A stretch of DNA of 64,000 nucleotides, taken from contig JASJQH010006880.1 in the NCBI GenBank assembly GCA_040143965.1, positions 1-64,000 on the forward strand, in the 5' to 3' direction. The position numbers were made by a program, and so were the translations under genes. Origin of the DNA: Basidiobolus ranarum. Lineage: Eukaryota. Position 1 is the first letter of the stretch, and each line of letters begins with the position of its first letter. Of this stretch, positions 40,315 to 53,490 are shown in pieces. The notes beneath the pieces were generated by a model, which saw only the letters and a program-made list of their open reading frames with translations, made no database searches and was not told the DNA's origin.

Positions 40315-41757
40315 TTTGTACAGCGGGGAGGACTGAAAACCAGGTCATCAATTTTTCCTTGATAGTAGAAACCAACAGAGGCTTTTATATGTGTAAGGGT
40401 AAGCTCTGATTTCCCATCAGACACTATAGAAAAGTCCATGTACCACTATTTCTCAAGTATATTCAAGTACAGAGTACGATTAGGAAATCTAGATTGCTGA
40501 TTTTTGCTTACTATTGAAATGGTTGAGCATTGCTAGACGACCCTAACCCTAGCTGGAATAAGCAATATGTCCAATGGCTCCTTCTGCTTTGCAAATCACT
40601 CGAGTTATTCACGCATGCCGGATTTTACCTGACTTTAACAAGTTCTCCGTAAGTAGTCAGTATTGGAACCAACATGGCTATATGAGGGGACACATGTTCG
40701 TAAAAAGTGACATGTTGCAACCTACACTCAGTAATATCAATGCTACACAATGCTTTTCAAATTGTGCTTTACAACAGGCGGAGAACTTATATGTATACTG
40801 AGTGTACCAAGACGCACTATCCCTACTCAAGTTAATAAAGAATTCCACACCACGATTTTGCAATAGAATTGAGCTTCCTGTGCATCGTACCACAACTCTA
40901 TCCTGTTGGCCAGGCACCATGTAGTATTATCAGTATTAATGTATCAGTACTGGTACAGTCGTTGAGAAATGCAGCGGTTTGCCTATCAGCGCTGGTGGGT
41001 TTGGGTCACAGATAAGAGTTATTAAAGCTCATGACTAACCCAAAATTGTACAGTGTTGGCAGCTACGATCTTGAAGGTATTTAGAACCTGCTTAACCTTG
41101 TAAACTTTAAGAAATTTTTATTGTCTATCACTTGTTTATTACGTAGAGCAACGATCAGAACAAACGAATATGTTTACAGTTTCAATTATGTACGCAGAGT
41201 GAGCATGTTGAATAAATCTACTGTTTGACACACTAATACTCATCAATCTGGTTTTTCTCAAATCGATCGTCATTCGGCCAGTTTATGCTAAATGGTTTAA
41301 AAGTGTCTAACTTAGTCAATGTTATATATATGGACTTTCATTTTTCTCGATATTTTATTCTCGTGTCAGATAATTTATCTCAATGTCGACCATTGGCAAA
41401 CAAATCTAGCATAGAAGTGCCTTCAGATCGAACTTTTGCTAATAATTTATTTGATCTACCGCGCAACAATTGAGCGATGACTTAGCAATGTCCCTATTTG
41501 TGAATTTCTATGCCTAGAATATCACCATCAAGGTCAGAATTATCGATCTCTAACCTCAATGATGTCGAGATACATTAAAAAACCGCTATTGAACTTACCA
41601 TGACACGGACATTGGGAAAAATCGAGTTCTTACTTGGGCAACTACCGATCGTTGACCAAACCACTAAAACCCCCCATTTTTGGAAAGAAGAGCAGTATAT
41701 ATAAAGGCGCCTCCCATCAGAAATAACCACAACCTACATACATTACACCCGTCAAAA

Positions 41758-42371
41758 ATGGATTTATATTTTATTCTAAACACTCCAGCCTCTCAATTAT
41801 ACTCAAATGAATCTTCCGACTCTTCAGTAGGCAAATCAGTTTTTGTATGTGAGTTTGCTAGTTGTGAGAAAGCCTTTACGAAGAAGTCTGACCTTCAAAG
41901 ACATCAACGCACACATACAGGAGAGAGACCATTTCAATGCAATTTATGTGGTAAAGGATTCATTCAGCGATCAGCTCTTAGCGTCCACAAGCGCACCCAT
42001 ACTGGGGAGAAGCCACATATTTGCCAGCACCCTGGGTGTGGAATGTCATTTAGTGATGTATGTATTTGAGACTCAATCTCGATCACTGGATATATTTGCT
42101 AATGTTTATCCTCTAGTCATCCTCTTTATCACGCCATCGTCGTATTCATACGGGAGTCCGTCCATACGTCTGTACTCATGTGAACTGTAGCAAGAAGTTC
42201 ACCCGAAGAATTGCTCTTTTAAAACACCAACGCAAACATGATTTTCATCACATGATTAAGTATGACCTCAACTGCGATGGATTGAAAAACATGTCACCTC
42301 ACCACGATCCTTCTTTTCTCAAAGAAGTTAGCTTTGTTTATCATCAAAGTGGAATTGAATCCCAAGTTTGA
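41758..42371 (+). CDS. C2H2 zinc-finger transcription factor, four fingers (intron 42058-42116)
   Basis: Four C2H2 fingers with linkers HTGERPF, HTGEKPH and HTGVRPY. Confidence 0.9.
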
Positions 42372-42949
42372 GCCCAATACTAAGCAACTTAGAGGAGTAT
42401 GCCAGCTTCAGAAGGAGCCTCTTTATCCTTGTATATATATATATGTAAATATCTTCAACTGTATACTACCAAGTCCCACTCTATCATGAATTTATTACGA
42501 TTCACGGAAATGTGGTTATGTGCTAACCTCAATCAAATTTTGTAAATAAACATCAGAGCTCCTATTAATTTATGCGTGGTACTCCATCTCTAATTTACTT
42601 CTCAAAAGGGAACTAAATCTGCACGCTTTGCAAATAGAACGATACCTCTAGAAATATTTACCCGAGACATATTGCAATACCAAATATATGCTAGAGATAA
42701 GATAAATGATCGATGGCAGCTTTGGAATGCTAATAAAAAGGGTTAGGGTTGTGTAAGTATAGTAGGGTAAGTATAATAGACTAAGCAATTGATAAATATA
42801 TATAAATAGATTGATCAGGAATCGGTATAATTTAGGTTTATCTTTACCAACCTCCTTTCATTGGATTTCCCACTTTCACTGTCTTATAAAAAGGGAACTT
42901 TCCTAATCACTTTCTTCTCTTCTTATTTGCTTTATCACTGCTTTATTTG

Positions 42950-43676
42950 ATGAATTCATTACAATTGCGAGACGTAAATAACTCTGGAAACCACCGTGCA
43001 CCCTTCCCTTTCTCCTTAGCATTCACGAGACATCGACCGTCTCAGTCAGTAATTGAGAATAATTCCCAAAGACAAGATGGACTTGTGAGTACGGACGAGA
43101 ATAGCTCAGCAATGCTCGCCGTGGATCATGATCAAGCCTTGTGGAATAGGGTGACCTCCGTACGAAAGAATAGAGAGATTCTTACTAATAAATTTCGATT
43201 GTTTGTAAGAATATCTTTGCTATTCGTGATATTGATTCTGATTTTTGGTGTGGGCCCCCTTCATCTACAATGGTGGATTGTTTTCATTCCGATGGGATTC
43301 ATGGTTATGTCCATGGCCTACGTAGGCGTAAGTTCGTTCTTTTGAGAGACTTTGTGTGATTGATTTCACTAACTTTGTTGTATAGGTTTTGAGATGCCGA
43401 ATCCGAACCATGGATAGAGAGGAAGTTAGCCTATTACAATCTATGGGTCGAGCTAGTAGTAGACACAACAACAATACGGATACTACTTTCCTACCACCAC
43501 CTCCTCCTACTTATGCAACTGCTGCTGCCCAGCCGCCTGCTTATATCAATCCCCTAAAAACCCCAAGCTACGTATCATTACTGCCCGCACATACAAGGAC
43601 CAATTCTCAGAGAGAAGGCAGGTCTAACTCTACGCAATCCCAAAATGAAATTATTATTGAAATGTCACAAGTGTAG
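42950..43676 (+). CDS. Small two-TM membrane protein with PPxY motifs (intron 43328-43385)
   Basis: In-frame splice GGC|gtaagt...atag|GTT. Two hydrophobic helices, then a tail with PPPPPTY and PPAY. Confidence 0.72.
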
Positions 43677-44362
43677 TTGGATCAACCAAAAATAGAAGAC
43701 CCTTCTCTGACCTTTAAATTCCACACAACTGTAGTCTTATACCCTGACGGAAATCTTTTGTACCGTCTAGCCGAACATCTTTTTGCACGTATTCTCACCC
43801 TTTATTCATCTTGTAATGTGTTGCTTGTACATAATTAAATCGAGATCTGCTCCTCCAATCACCTTGCTCTAACCAGTTCAGTTCAATCTTGGCAACTGTT
43901 TATTGATCTAGTTGCTATAGGTTGCTTCTTGTGGATATACCTGACTATTTATAGGTCGCTCCCTAGTAAAGAGTTAATATGGAGATATGGCGTATATGGA
44001 ACAAATATTGAAGATATGGTATTCTTGGCCACACCGGATTTAATTACTCCCTTAACTTTTGGATATTCTACACTTGGTTATTTATGTTATATCACTTGAC
44101 TATTTGATTCTTGATCTAGACTAATCTCACCCATTGTGGCGGTTACCTGTGGCGGTTACCTGGTTATTCACATAAACATTGCCTGTAATTAATTTGGTTA
44201 GTTTCCTTGAACAAATCAATTTATTTCTATGCATGCTTGCCAGAATGGAGATTAAGGAGTAAATAGGGATTCCGAAGGCTTAGCTGGCTATCTCTCATTA
44301 CCACAGTCACTTCTATATCTGATCTGGGATAGTACTCTGTCCTCCCACATGTCAAGAATAGA

Positions 44363-47300
44363 ATGAGCTCCATACGCGTGATATTGAAAGAAAGTAAGAG
44401 TCACTTCAGTTTCTTCAACTTGACTATGAAATTTAAAACCACAGGATAGGATTTTTAGAAGCTATCAGAACGACAAAAAACATTTCAAAATGGAAAGTGT
44501 TGATTACTGATCCCACTTCAGCTCACTTGTTGTCGAACTGTTGTAAAATGTATGACATCCTGGAGGAGAAAGTCACACGTAAGCGGATATTTTATCAAAA
44601 TGGAAATTCTGCTTTAATAAAAGCTGTCTCGGAGAACTTACTTGTGGTTTATTTTTCAAAGTGTTGGAGAATATCGAGTTCAATCGACAACCTTTCCCCG
44701 ACTTGGAAGCGGTATATCTACTCACCCCTACGTTTGAATCAGTATTCAGACTTTTGGAAGATTTTTGCTCTAAAAAGGGACCTATGTATGCGGCTGCTCA
44801 TGTGTTCTTTACCTCAGGTATATGATGAGTTTACATCAGCAAGTTCATTTTAAAAATCACCTCTTTCCAAAATATAGGCCTAGATGAGCAAATGTTCGAA
44901 AAGATTTCGTCCTCTAGAGCCATGAAATTTATCAAGACACTACAGGAACTTTATGTGGATTTTATAGGTTTGATTCTAGGTAGTGTAATACTTCACTCCA
45001 ATACCCAACTGCTTACACTAGGGTATACCCTTTGAAGGAATTGAATCACGAGTATTCTCACTTGAATTACCGAACTCTTTCTTTACACTTTTTTCACCAC
45101 ATTCCAATCGTAAATCTGCGTTAGAACTTCAAGATATTGCTCGTAGGGTATAGAATTTCGTTTATTATTTAGATTAGTGGATTCAGAATTCCTAACCTAC
45201 CATTTCCCATACATATATCTAGCTCGTTTCAGTTTGCGCTTCTTTGGATGAAAATCCGGCCATTCGTTATTTCTGTCCAGAGACCGAATCCAACAATACA
45301 GTTATATCAAGGAAGTTGGCAATGTTATTACAAGCGGAGATGGATGTATTTACTCAGAATAATCAACAATTCCCGGCAAGTGTCATGGTATCAACTAGCT
45401 GTATTCAGCGCAGTCGATTAATTGTTTTCAATTCAACGATCTAGGTTCGGAAAGACCAACCCAAAAGCTTATTCTTGGTACTGGATCGAACCATAGATAT
45501 GAAGAGCCCTTTTCTTCATGAATTTACTTATCAGGCCATGAACAATGATCTTTTGACGATTGAAGATGGCGTTACTTATAAGTAAACATTCCAAATACTT
45601 TCCAGAATTCTAAGAGAAGAAGGCTTATTTTGTTTAGGTTCAAATATACAACAGGTACAGATGATCAAGCTGAGAGACAAGTGAGACTTAATGAAGAAGA
45701 TAAACTTTGGACGGAAATTCGCCATAAACATATCGCTGAATGTATCGAGCATGTCATTACGAACTTTAAATCTTTAATTGGCGATAACAAAGCGATCGCC
45801 AACTTAGGAGCGAAGTAAAGGCTATCTCTTTAGAATATATCTTCCTTTGGTATTGAATATTGGCTCACTTCCTTTTTCTGTTAGTGGTGAAGCAGCAAAT
45901 TTAAAGAAACTCAAAGATATTCTGACTTCTTTACCCCAGTTTCAAGAACAAAAAGATCAAGTATTACAAGGATTGAGAATAGATGATTGCGATGACATAA
46001 TCAACTAATGATTTTAGTATTCTGTACATTTAGCCATAGCCCAAGAGTGTATGAGCATATTCGATAATGGGAAATTAACAAGTGTTGCTAGGGTAGAGCA
46101 AGTAACTACACCTTTATTGTTGCCTTATTCAAATCCAACATTTTGACTCAAAAAGCATCATTATATAGGATATGGTGACTGGAGTTGATGCTGAAGGAGA
46201 GCCAAGTAAAAATGTAGTAGCAGACATGGTGCCCTTGTTGGATGACCCAACCATTGAGTACGACGCATTTGCCATTTTTCTCGACAAGATACTTTTCTAA
46301 CAGAGTCATTAGTCAAGAAAATAAACTCCGAATGCTTCTACTCTATATCATTTCCCGCGGTGGAGTGAAGGAGGATGATCGAAGAAGGTTGCAAATTCAT
46401 GCCCAATTGAAGCCAAGTGATATGGAGATACTGGGTAATTTACCGCTACTGGGAGTACCATTAAATAGGGTAAAATTTCCCTTAATTGTTACACATTTTT
46501 TTAATCCAGTGTTTCAGTTCAGTAACATTGTTTCTAAATTACCCTTGTCCTGACCATAAAGATCCCAAAAACACCCCAAGAGAGAGCAACTAGAAAACTG
46601 AAGTTTCTTCAAGGGAAAAAGACTTCAGAAGATGGTGACACACCATATGAACTCTCGAGATACACGACGGCTGTAAAATCTATAATGGAGGTTAGTTGTT
46701 CAGGAAACGAATGGTTTGCAATTTTCCACTAAAAGTTATGGTTGTTCATAAATGTAGAGTCTGATCAAATGTAACCTTGATACCATACTCTACCCATACG
46801 TAAGAGAGCCGGAAGATTTACGTACATTTCAAGAGACTCAATTTTCGGCCACTTCGCTGAGGAGGTGAGATGAGTTGGAAAAAACTCTCGAAAAACCGGT
46901 ACTAACTATATTTATTCTTTGAAAGTCACAAACCAAGCTGGCAACAAAATAATGATGGATCACGGGGCGAGGTAACAAATATAGCAGTAATCTCCTAGAG
47001 AATAGATATTCAAGCTCATTAAATCAATAGGAGAATAGCTATGGTCTAACTGGAAAGCTTATCATATTCGTGACTGGTGGAGTCACCTACTCGGAAATTA
47101 GATCAGCATATGAAATAGCAAAGACTTACCAACGGGATGTCTACATAGGTATGTTGCCATTAGACAATGACTGAAGCACTGTGTTTTGACATCTTAGGAA
47201 CCACTTAGGAAGCACTCATATTATCACTCCCAAATCATTTCTTGAGGACCTAAGGTTCCTTCGAGCTCCACCTAGCCCCATTGCCAAGAAACTCAACATT

Positions 47301-47495
47301 GGTGACTTAAAGATTAGCGCAGATATACCGGTTGTCGCGAAAGTCATACCCAATGAAGAAGCAAAAATCATCAAGAAAGAAACCAAAGTTAAGGAAGAAA
47401 CCGTGGTAACGAGTGCAAGTAAAACCAAGAATCATGGGGTGGAGAAGAAACCGGGAAAGAAGATCCTGACCAAGTTAAGATTACAAGGACGCTAG
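44363..47495 (+). CDS. SEC1: Sec1/Munc18 SNARE regulator, many introns
   Basis: WKVLITD, CCKMYDILEEKVT, EAVYLLTP, LDRTIDMKSPFLHEFTYQAM, LWTEIRHKHIA, YELSRY, IFVTGGVTYSEIRSAYE, GSTHIITP. Confidence 0.94.
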
Positions 47496-48390
47496 ATATA
47501 ATATTATTGGTGGACTTTTGCTTTGCATCTATTCCCATTGTCCATACAAATAACTGCCTAAACATAAACACCTACCTTAATTGATTCCCTTGCCACTGTG
47601 ACTTTTCTCTCCATATATTTATATATATATATACTGCCCAATTTGTTCAAGGAGGCAATTCAGGCCCAATCAAGATCTCTTTTGTATGTGAAGATCAATA
47701 CAACTAGTGTTAGTAAATCCATGCATAACCATGCTATCGCTTAAATAAATGGATCTGTGGTTAGATTTCTTGGGAGTTATTTCCGCCCTTAGGATCACCT
47801 TTGGACCAACTTATGTGATACTGGTTTCCATCCGACAATGCCTCGGATAGTCTGTTGTTCAATTCTTAAGCAGCGCTTGTTAGGGACATAAATGGTTTTC
47901 TGAAAGAAGAAATGCTATAATTCAGCACAATTGTTCGGGTTGTAACGCTGGAAGAAGGCAGTTACATTAACATGCATCCAAGCTAAAGTAATCAACATCT
48001 ATTAATCAAAATCAACTCGATCCTACGGTTAGCTTTACTTAGCCTTACATCATGAGATTTTTAGATTAATAGATGTTTTCCCCGATGTTTGGCGATGTAC
48101 ACTTGTGATGTACACTTAATTCCTTTCTTATATGAAAGAACATGTACTAAGAAATATATTGTTTGAAAAAAAATGCACTCCAAAGCGTTCGCTATTCTAT
48201 CACCTTTATGATTTTCTTGTTAAAACCCTGACTCGTTCGTATTTTCCTCCACTTCTTCCCTCTTTGAGTACCGGTCCCATTTTTATTTACATCAATCCTT
48301 CCTCACGTACGCGAGTTTTCCTTTCTCTTCATTCAACTCATACCCAACCATCCTTTATATATATATCAAGAAAGTTCAATAACCTAGAGT

Positions 48391-49223
48391 ATGAAGGAAC
48401 AGCTCGTACCTAGCCCAAGAACTCGACAGGCGTTAGTAAATAGATATTTTAATGAACAACGAACACACACAACTAACGAGTCAAAAGGCCTTGGTAAACT
48501 TCAGACGCAAAAGAATGGCGACGTTACGTGTCATATCAAACAACGTTGTACCCAGTCTACCTTCCATTTAAGAGCCAAACTAATAGGTATAAAAGACAAC
48601 ACTTCTTCCCTACTTGACTCTATCTGAAACTTTCCCTTATGTTGATAGAGGTCGCCGAAGAAATGGTCAACCATATGTTCGAATGCAACCATACCCATAT
48701 CGAAATCCACGAACAACACCGGTTACCAAAACTTTCAGAGTTTATTGAAATCGTAGTACGACGTACAAATACGAGTTTAACTAGCATTTTAATAGCATTA
48801 ACTTATTTAACTCGATTAAAGAAAAGGCACCCTGGGTGTAAAGGAACTTATGGGTCTGGTCATCGACTATTATTGGCTTCAATAATTATTGCTACGAAAT
48901 ATCTCAACGACGACGCGTACTATAATAAGACTTGGGCAATCGTATGTAAAGGAATATTTACGATAGAAGAGATCAATAAGATGGAATTGGAGTTGTTGTT
49001 TTTTTTAAACTTCAAGTTGTACATCTCTCTGGAGTATTGGTCGGATTTTATCACACTGATAGACAGCAAATGCTCAGTTCATTTCGAACCAGGTTTATTA
49101 TGTAAATTATACTTCCAAGTCAAGGAATCATCACAAACAACCAACTCAAATCCAGTAGATTCAATTAAACTTGACTGTAATCAACTTACAGGGAATTTTC
49201 CAAAGAGGTCAAGTTTAATTTGA
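48391..49223 (+). CDS. Pho85-type (Pcl) cyclin, paralog 1 (intron 48587-48648)
   Basis: LPKLSEFI...ALTYLTRLK...HRLLLASIIIATKYLNDD...NKTWA...EINKMELELLFFLNF. Confidence 0.88.
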
Positions 49224-50407
49224 AGCTAATGGAAGGAGAACTCACTACCGAATCTTTATTCATATTACTTACAGTCTTTACACCATTCTCAGTCTCCGTT
49301 TCATATATTTTTTTAGATCTTTTAGAATTTCTCCATTTCTTTTTAATTGAGTTGAATCTCGTCGTATTGTGTTCTCTAAGGTCTCTGTAAGTCAATGTAG
49401 AATAAAGAATTTCTCTACATTATTGTTTGATAAATATTCGGGTATGTTTATGTGGGAGATCTTGCGTTGAGTTTAAAAAAGTGCATAAAAATACTTGATC
49501 TATTGTTCACTTATTCAAGTCGACTAGATACACACAAGGTAACTCCGGCTACAACTAACGACATTCCTAATAAATCTAAGTCATGGATTAACTTCATGTT
49601 ACATGAATATAGGGTAACTTGATGCTTTACCTCTACTGCTAACTTTCTCGCCTAAAAGGTATCCAGCGAAGGTAGTAAATATGAAAGTAAGAGAATTGGT
49701 AATAGGTACAGCCAAAGATAAATCTAGATGGAAGGAAAAGAAACTGAGAACTGAAAACAATAGAATATTCAAGAAACTCTTTTAGAAATTTACCTGCTTT
49801 TCCCAGAGTGTAATAATATACAACAGAACCACTCAAGTTAATAGCCAACGGTAAAACATACTGGTCAATAAAAGAAAGTACTTTTAGTAACTCTTCTCAA
49901 TCTTATAGTCGTGTGGCTTATATTATCGCTGAAGATCAATTCAAAAGAAAACTTACTTGCCAACGGGTTATTAAAAACCAAATCTCAGCTAAAGTTTGCT
50001 TTAAGAAGGTGTCTTTTTGAAGATTTTCTAAGCCTTTCGAGCCACGTTTAATGAAGGGATTGGTAAACCCCCAACATATTGCAACTAAAAAGAACCCAAT
50101 GGCATTTTCTATGTTGAAAATACAGAAATATTTGTAAGTTTTTCTGCTACTCTAATATATTACTTTGTACATTCTAGTGAGATACCTATGATGGCATTAC
50201 TCATTTCATTAACTGGCTACGTTGATTGTAAGTACTGATTGTATCTCTCTTAGTTCCATCGATACATTGCCATCATGACCCCCTATCAACAAATCCGAAA
50301 GCCAATCACATGATGTAGAGAATTTTCAAGTTTGATTTATTATCAATGATTATTCCGGAATGAAGTATACAAGAGTAATATATACAGCAATGTATAAATA
50401 AGCACAG

Positions 50408-51403
50408 CTACTTAGGTGTACCAAAAACAGATTGAGGCAATAGTGACCACATATGAGGAAGTATGGGCATACTAAGGCGCTTGTGAACTGTATCTACTAT
50501 AGGAAAGCGAGGAACAATTGTGTTTAGCGGCTTCTGACTTACTTCAGATTGGAGTGGAAATTTCTTGGGGTCTAGAGTTAGTGATTCATTTCGGGTGATA
50601 ACCTGTGGCTTGCTTTGACGAGTCTTAGACTTGGCTTGAATATGAATCGCTTGGAATCTGCCACAAACATGATCAATCAGTTGTCCGCTAGAGTTTGGTT
50701 TACCGGAATCATGCCAGTTTCGTGACACCTTTTTATCCATCAGATGTACAAAATCCTTCCATTGTTCAGAGGTGATGTGTAATTTGAAATTCAAGAAATA
50801 CAACAACTCGAACTCCATCTGATTGATTTCCTCAATACCAAACATCCCATTGCTTACCAGTGCCCAAGTCTTATTATAATATGCATCGTCATAAAGGTAC
50901 TTGGTAGCTACTATGATTGCCGCTAACAACAGTCGATGCCCAGATCCATACGTTCCTCTACATCCAGGGTGTCGTTGTTTCAATCGAATCAAGTACATAA
51001 GCGCCACTAATATCGTGGAATGGCTGGTGTTCATGCGTCTAACAATCTTTGATATAAAGTCAGAGAGTTTAGGTAGCTTCTCTTGTTCAGTATCATCAAC
51101 CTTAAGGTCTCCACAATGAAATAAAGTATTCACAATCCTTTCGGTGATGTCTAGGTTGGCAATGAGAAGAGTCAACCCAAGAAGTCACATATCCATAGCT
51201 TAACTGAAGTACATACCTATCAATTCTACACGAAGCTGTGTGGTAAGATACTCCTTAGAACGTAAACCACTAGAACCGTTTAATAAAACTCGATTGGAGA
51301 CTTTCCCAAGCTCGTTAGCAGAGTGCGAAGTTTGAAGTTTTTGGCTACATAGTCTGTTATTGACTAGGATAGTTTGGGCAGAGTTGGGTACTTGGGTTTT
51401 CAT
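50408..51403 (-). CDS. Pho85-type (Pcl) cyclin, paralog 2 (intron 51216-51151)
   Basis: LPKLSDFI...ALMYLIRLK...HRLLLAAIIVATKYLYDD...NKTWA...EINQMEFELLYFLNF. Confidence 0.88.
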
Positions 51404-52780
51404 GGTAACTCTCCTAATATAAAGGAAGAAGAGATATAGCTTAAGGTGATATTCAAGTTGAAACTCCGAAAATACCAACTTTCTATGGTCTATTGCAAAA
51501 AGAATGGCTTGTAGTTGACAGCGATCTCTAAGGCGGTAAGGTTTAAATAATTCTCTGGCAGCAAAGAAAAGCAGCCGGGTCTCTACTTTTATTCAAGTGT
51601 TTGAGAAACCATTGTGACAGATTTACATTCTCCTTCAAGATTATCCCGATAAAACATACTCTTGTTGATACTATTCTAAAGTGCTGTACTTCGCAGTGAA
51701 AGAACCGCCTAGAAAATTAGGGCCATTACCAAAATTCACCCAATCCACTGCACCTCCAAACATCGGGAAAAACATCAACTACACTTTCACGGTAATTTTC
51801 CATTTAATAACCGACACATGAAACCCGAAACAAGTTTTCCGTAACCCTCTTGACCAACCTTCGAGAAGTGTACTACCTCAGCTGAACCAAATTGGTCACC
51901 AATCAGTCCATCACCTATTGATATTTGCACTTTGAATAGCTTGATGCATCTGGCGTTGTTTAAATTACATACAATCCTTGGTGGAAACATCAATATATGC
52001 CAATGATGTCAGATGGTAGGTGTTGATTTGAGAAACACACCAGATTTGAAAAGAACACCGGCGTCAAGTATTAACCGAGTTCGGTAATTATTGACACTTA
52101 CGGCCTTGTCTAGTTCACCACCAATACTCTTGCATAACCCTAACCCTAGTTCCTCACGAGATTCCGCACAAACTCCTCAAATCAAACATAATGGGTGGGT
52201 ATTATGGTGGGCGTACAAGCTTGGGGTGGTGGGGAGTCATGATTCGAAGGAATTTCAAGCAGTTCACTCGGCTCACGCAATAATTAGATGAATTATCTTA
52301 ATATGGGATTGGCAAAGGGCAGGGTTGCTAATTCTATATGGCCCCGTTCTAAATATAGCTCATGTTGAGTAACATCTGAGTATTTTCACAATGTGTAATG
52401 TTTGTGTATTTCAGCAATAGAGCAATGGAGCGATTTGAATTCAATTTGAATTGGGAATGATGAGATCTGGGTATATTACATGACATATATATATATATTA
52501 CATCATATAGCATTGTATTCAATTTGTTAGGGTTAGGGTATATTTTTGAGGGTTAGAGTTGATTCTATTTTATTTTAGATCCCCTCATTTCCTCCACGCT
52601 ACTCCTGGCCTCAAACCCCACTATTTTTACATATAACTGCCGAGCACAGTTTGATTTGTATTCCGTTTCTTTGACTTGCTTAATTCTACCTTTTCTTATC
52701 CCATTTTAGTTCCCATACTGGTAGGGAAGAACACTTAGAAACACTTACTGCAAATCTTACCCCTTTGAAACTAAGAAATC

Positions 52781-53490
52781 ATGTCCAAGTTAAATGTTCG
52801 AGTTCCCATGATTAACTCCTGTTGCTTCTGTGTCAACCTGAGAACCGCCACACTAATTTTATCTGCTCTCGGCATTGTAAGTGTTTATTTTTGCTAATTG
52901 TCATAATACTCTCTTCTAATGTATTATATTTTCGTAATTTAATAGTTCAGTCACTTGTATAGTGCCCTTGTGATCAGACAAATGCCTAAAACTCAAGGAT
53001 CTTTCTTATATACCCTCTGGATCATTTACTCATATCTTTCAGTCGCAGTTTGCGGTGCTGGCGCCTTCGGTGTTTATAAGAACAAGGTCAAGTTATTGAG
53101 AGTGTTTGCTTTCTATTACTGGGTTGATCTTGCCCTTGGCTTCATTCTCAGCATCCTCTTCTCAGTCAAAGCTTTCCACTTGGAGGATTCCGTTTGTCAA
53201 GAACTTGGCAATGATGCCGGTAGCAAAATCAATTTGGAAACTTGTCATCAATTTTATAACAATGCAGCTCTTGCCGTATTGGTAGCTCTTGGTCTTTCAT
53301 TAGTCATCAGAGTAAGTCTTCATCAGATTGGGATTTATATAGTATTCATTAACCAACCCTACTTTATCAATAGTTACATTATTCCCTCGCAGTTTGGTCA
53401 TACTATAGACAAAGCACTACAACTCGTTATGCCCATGTCGACCTCTCTAATGAGGATACTGACAAGTTGTACGAAACCGACTTTGAGTAA
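52781..53490 (+). CDS. Four-TM membrane protein, LAPTM/DUF4728-like (three exons)
   Basis: SCCFCVNLRTATLILSALG at the N-terminus, GAFGVYKNKVKLL, two Cys in the second loop, and a short acidic tail ending YETDFE*. Confidence 0.72.
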
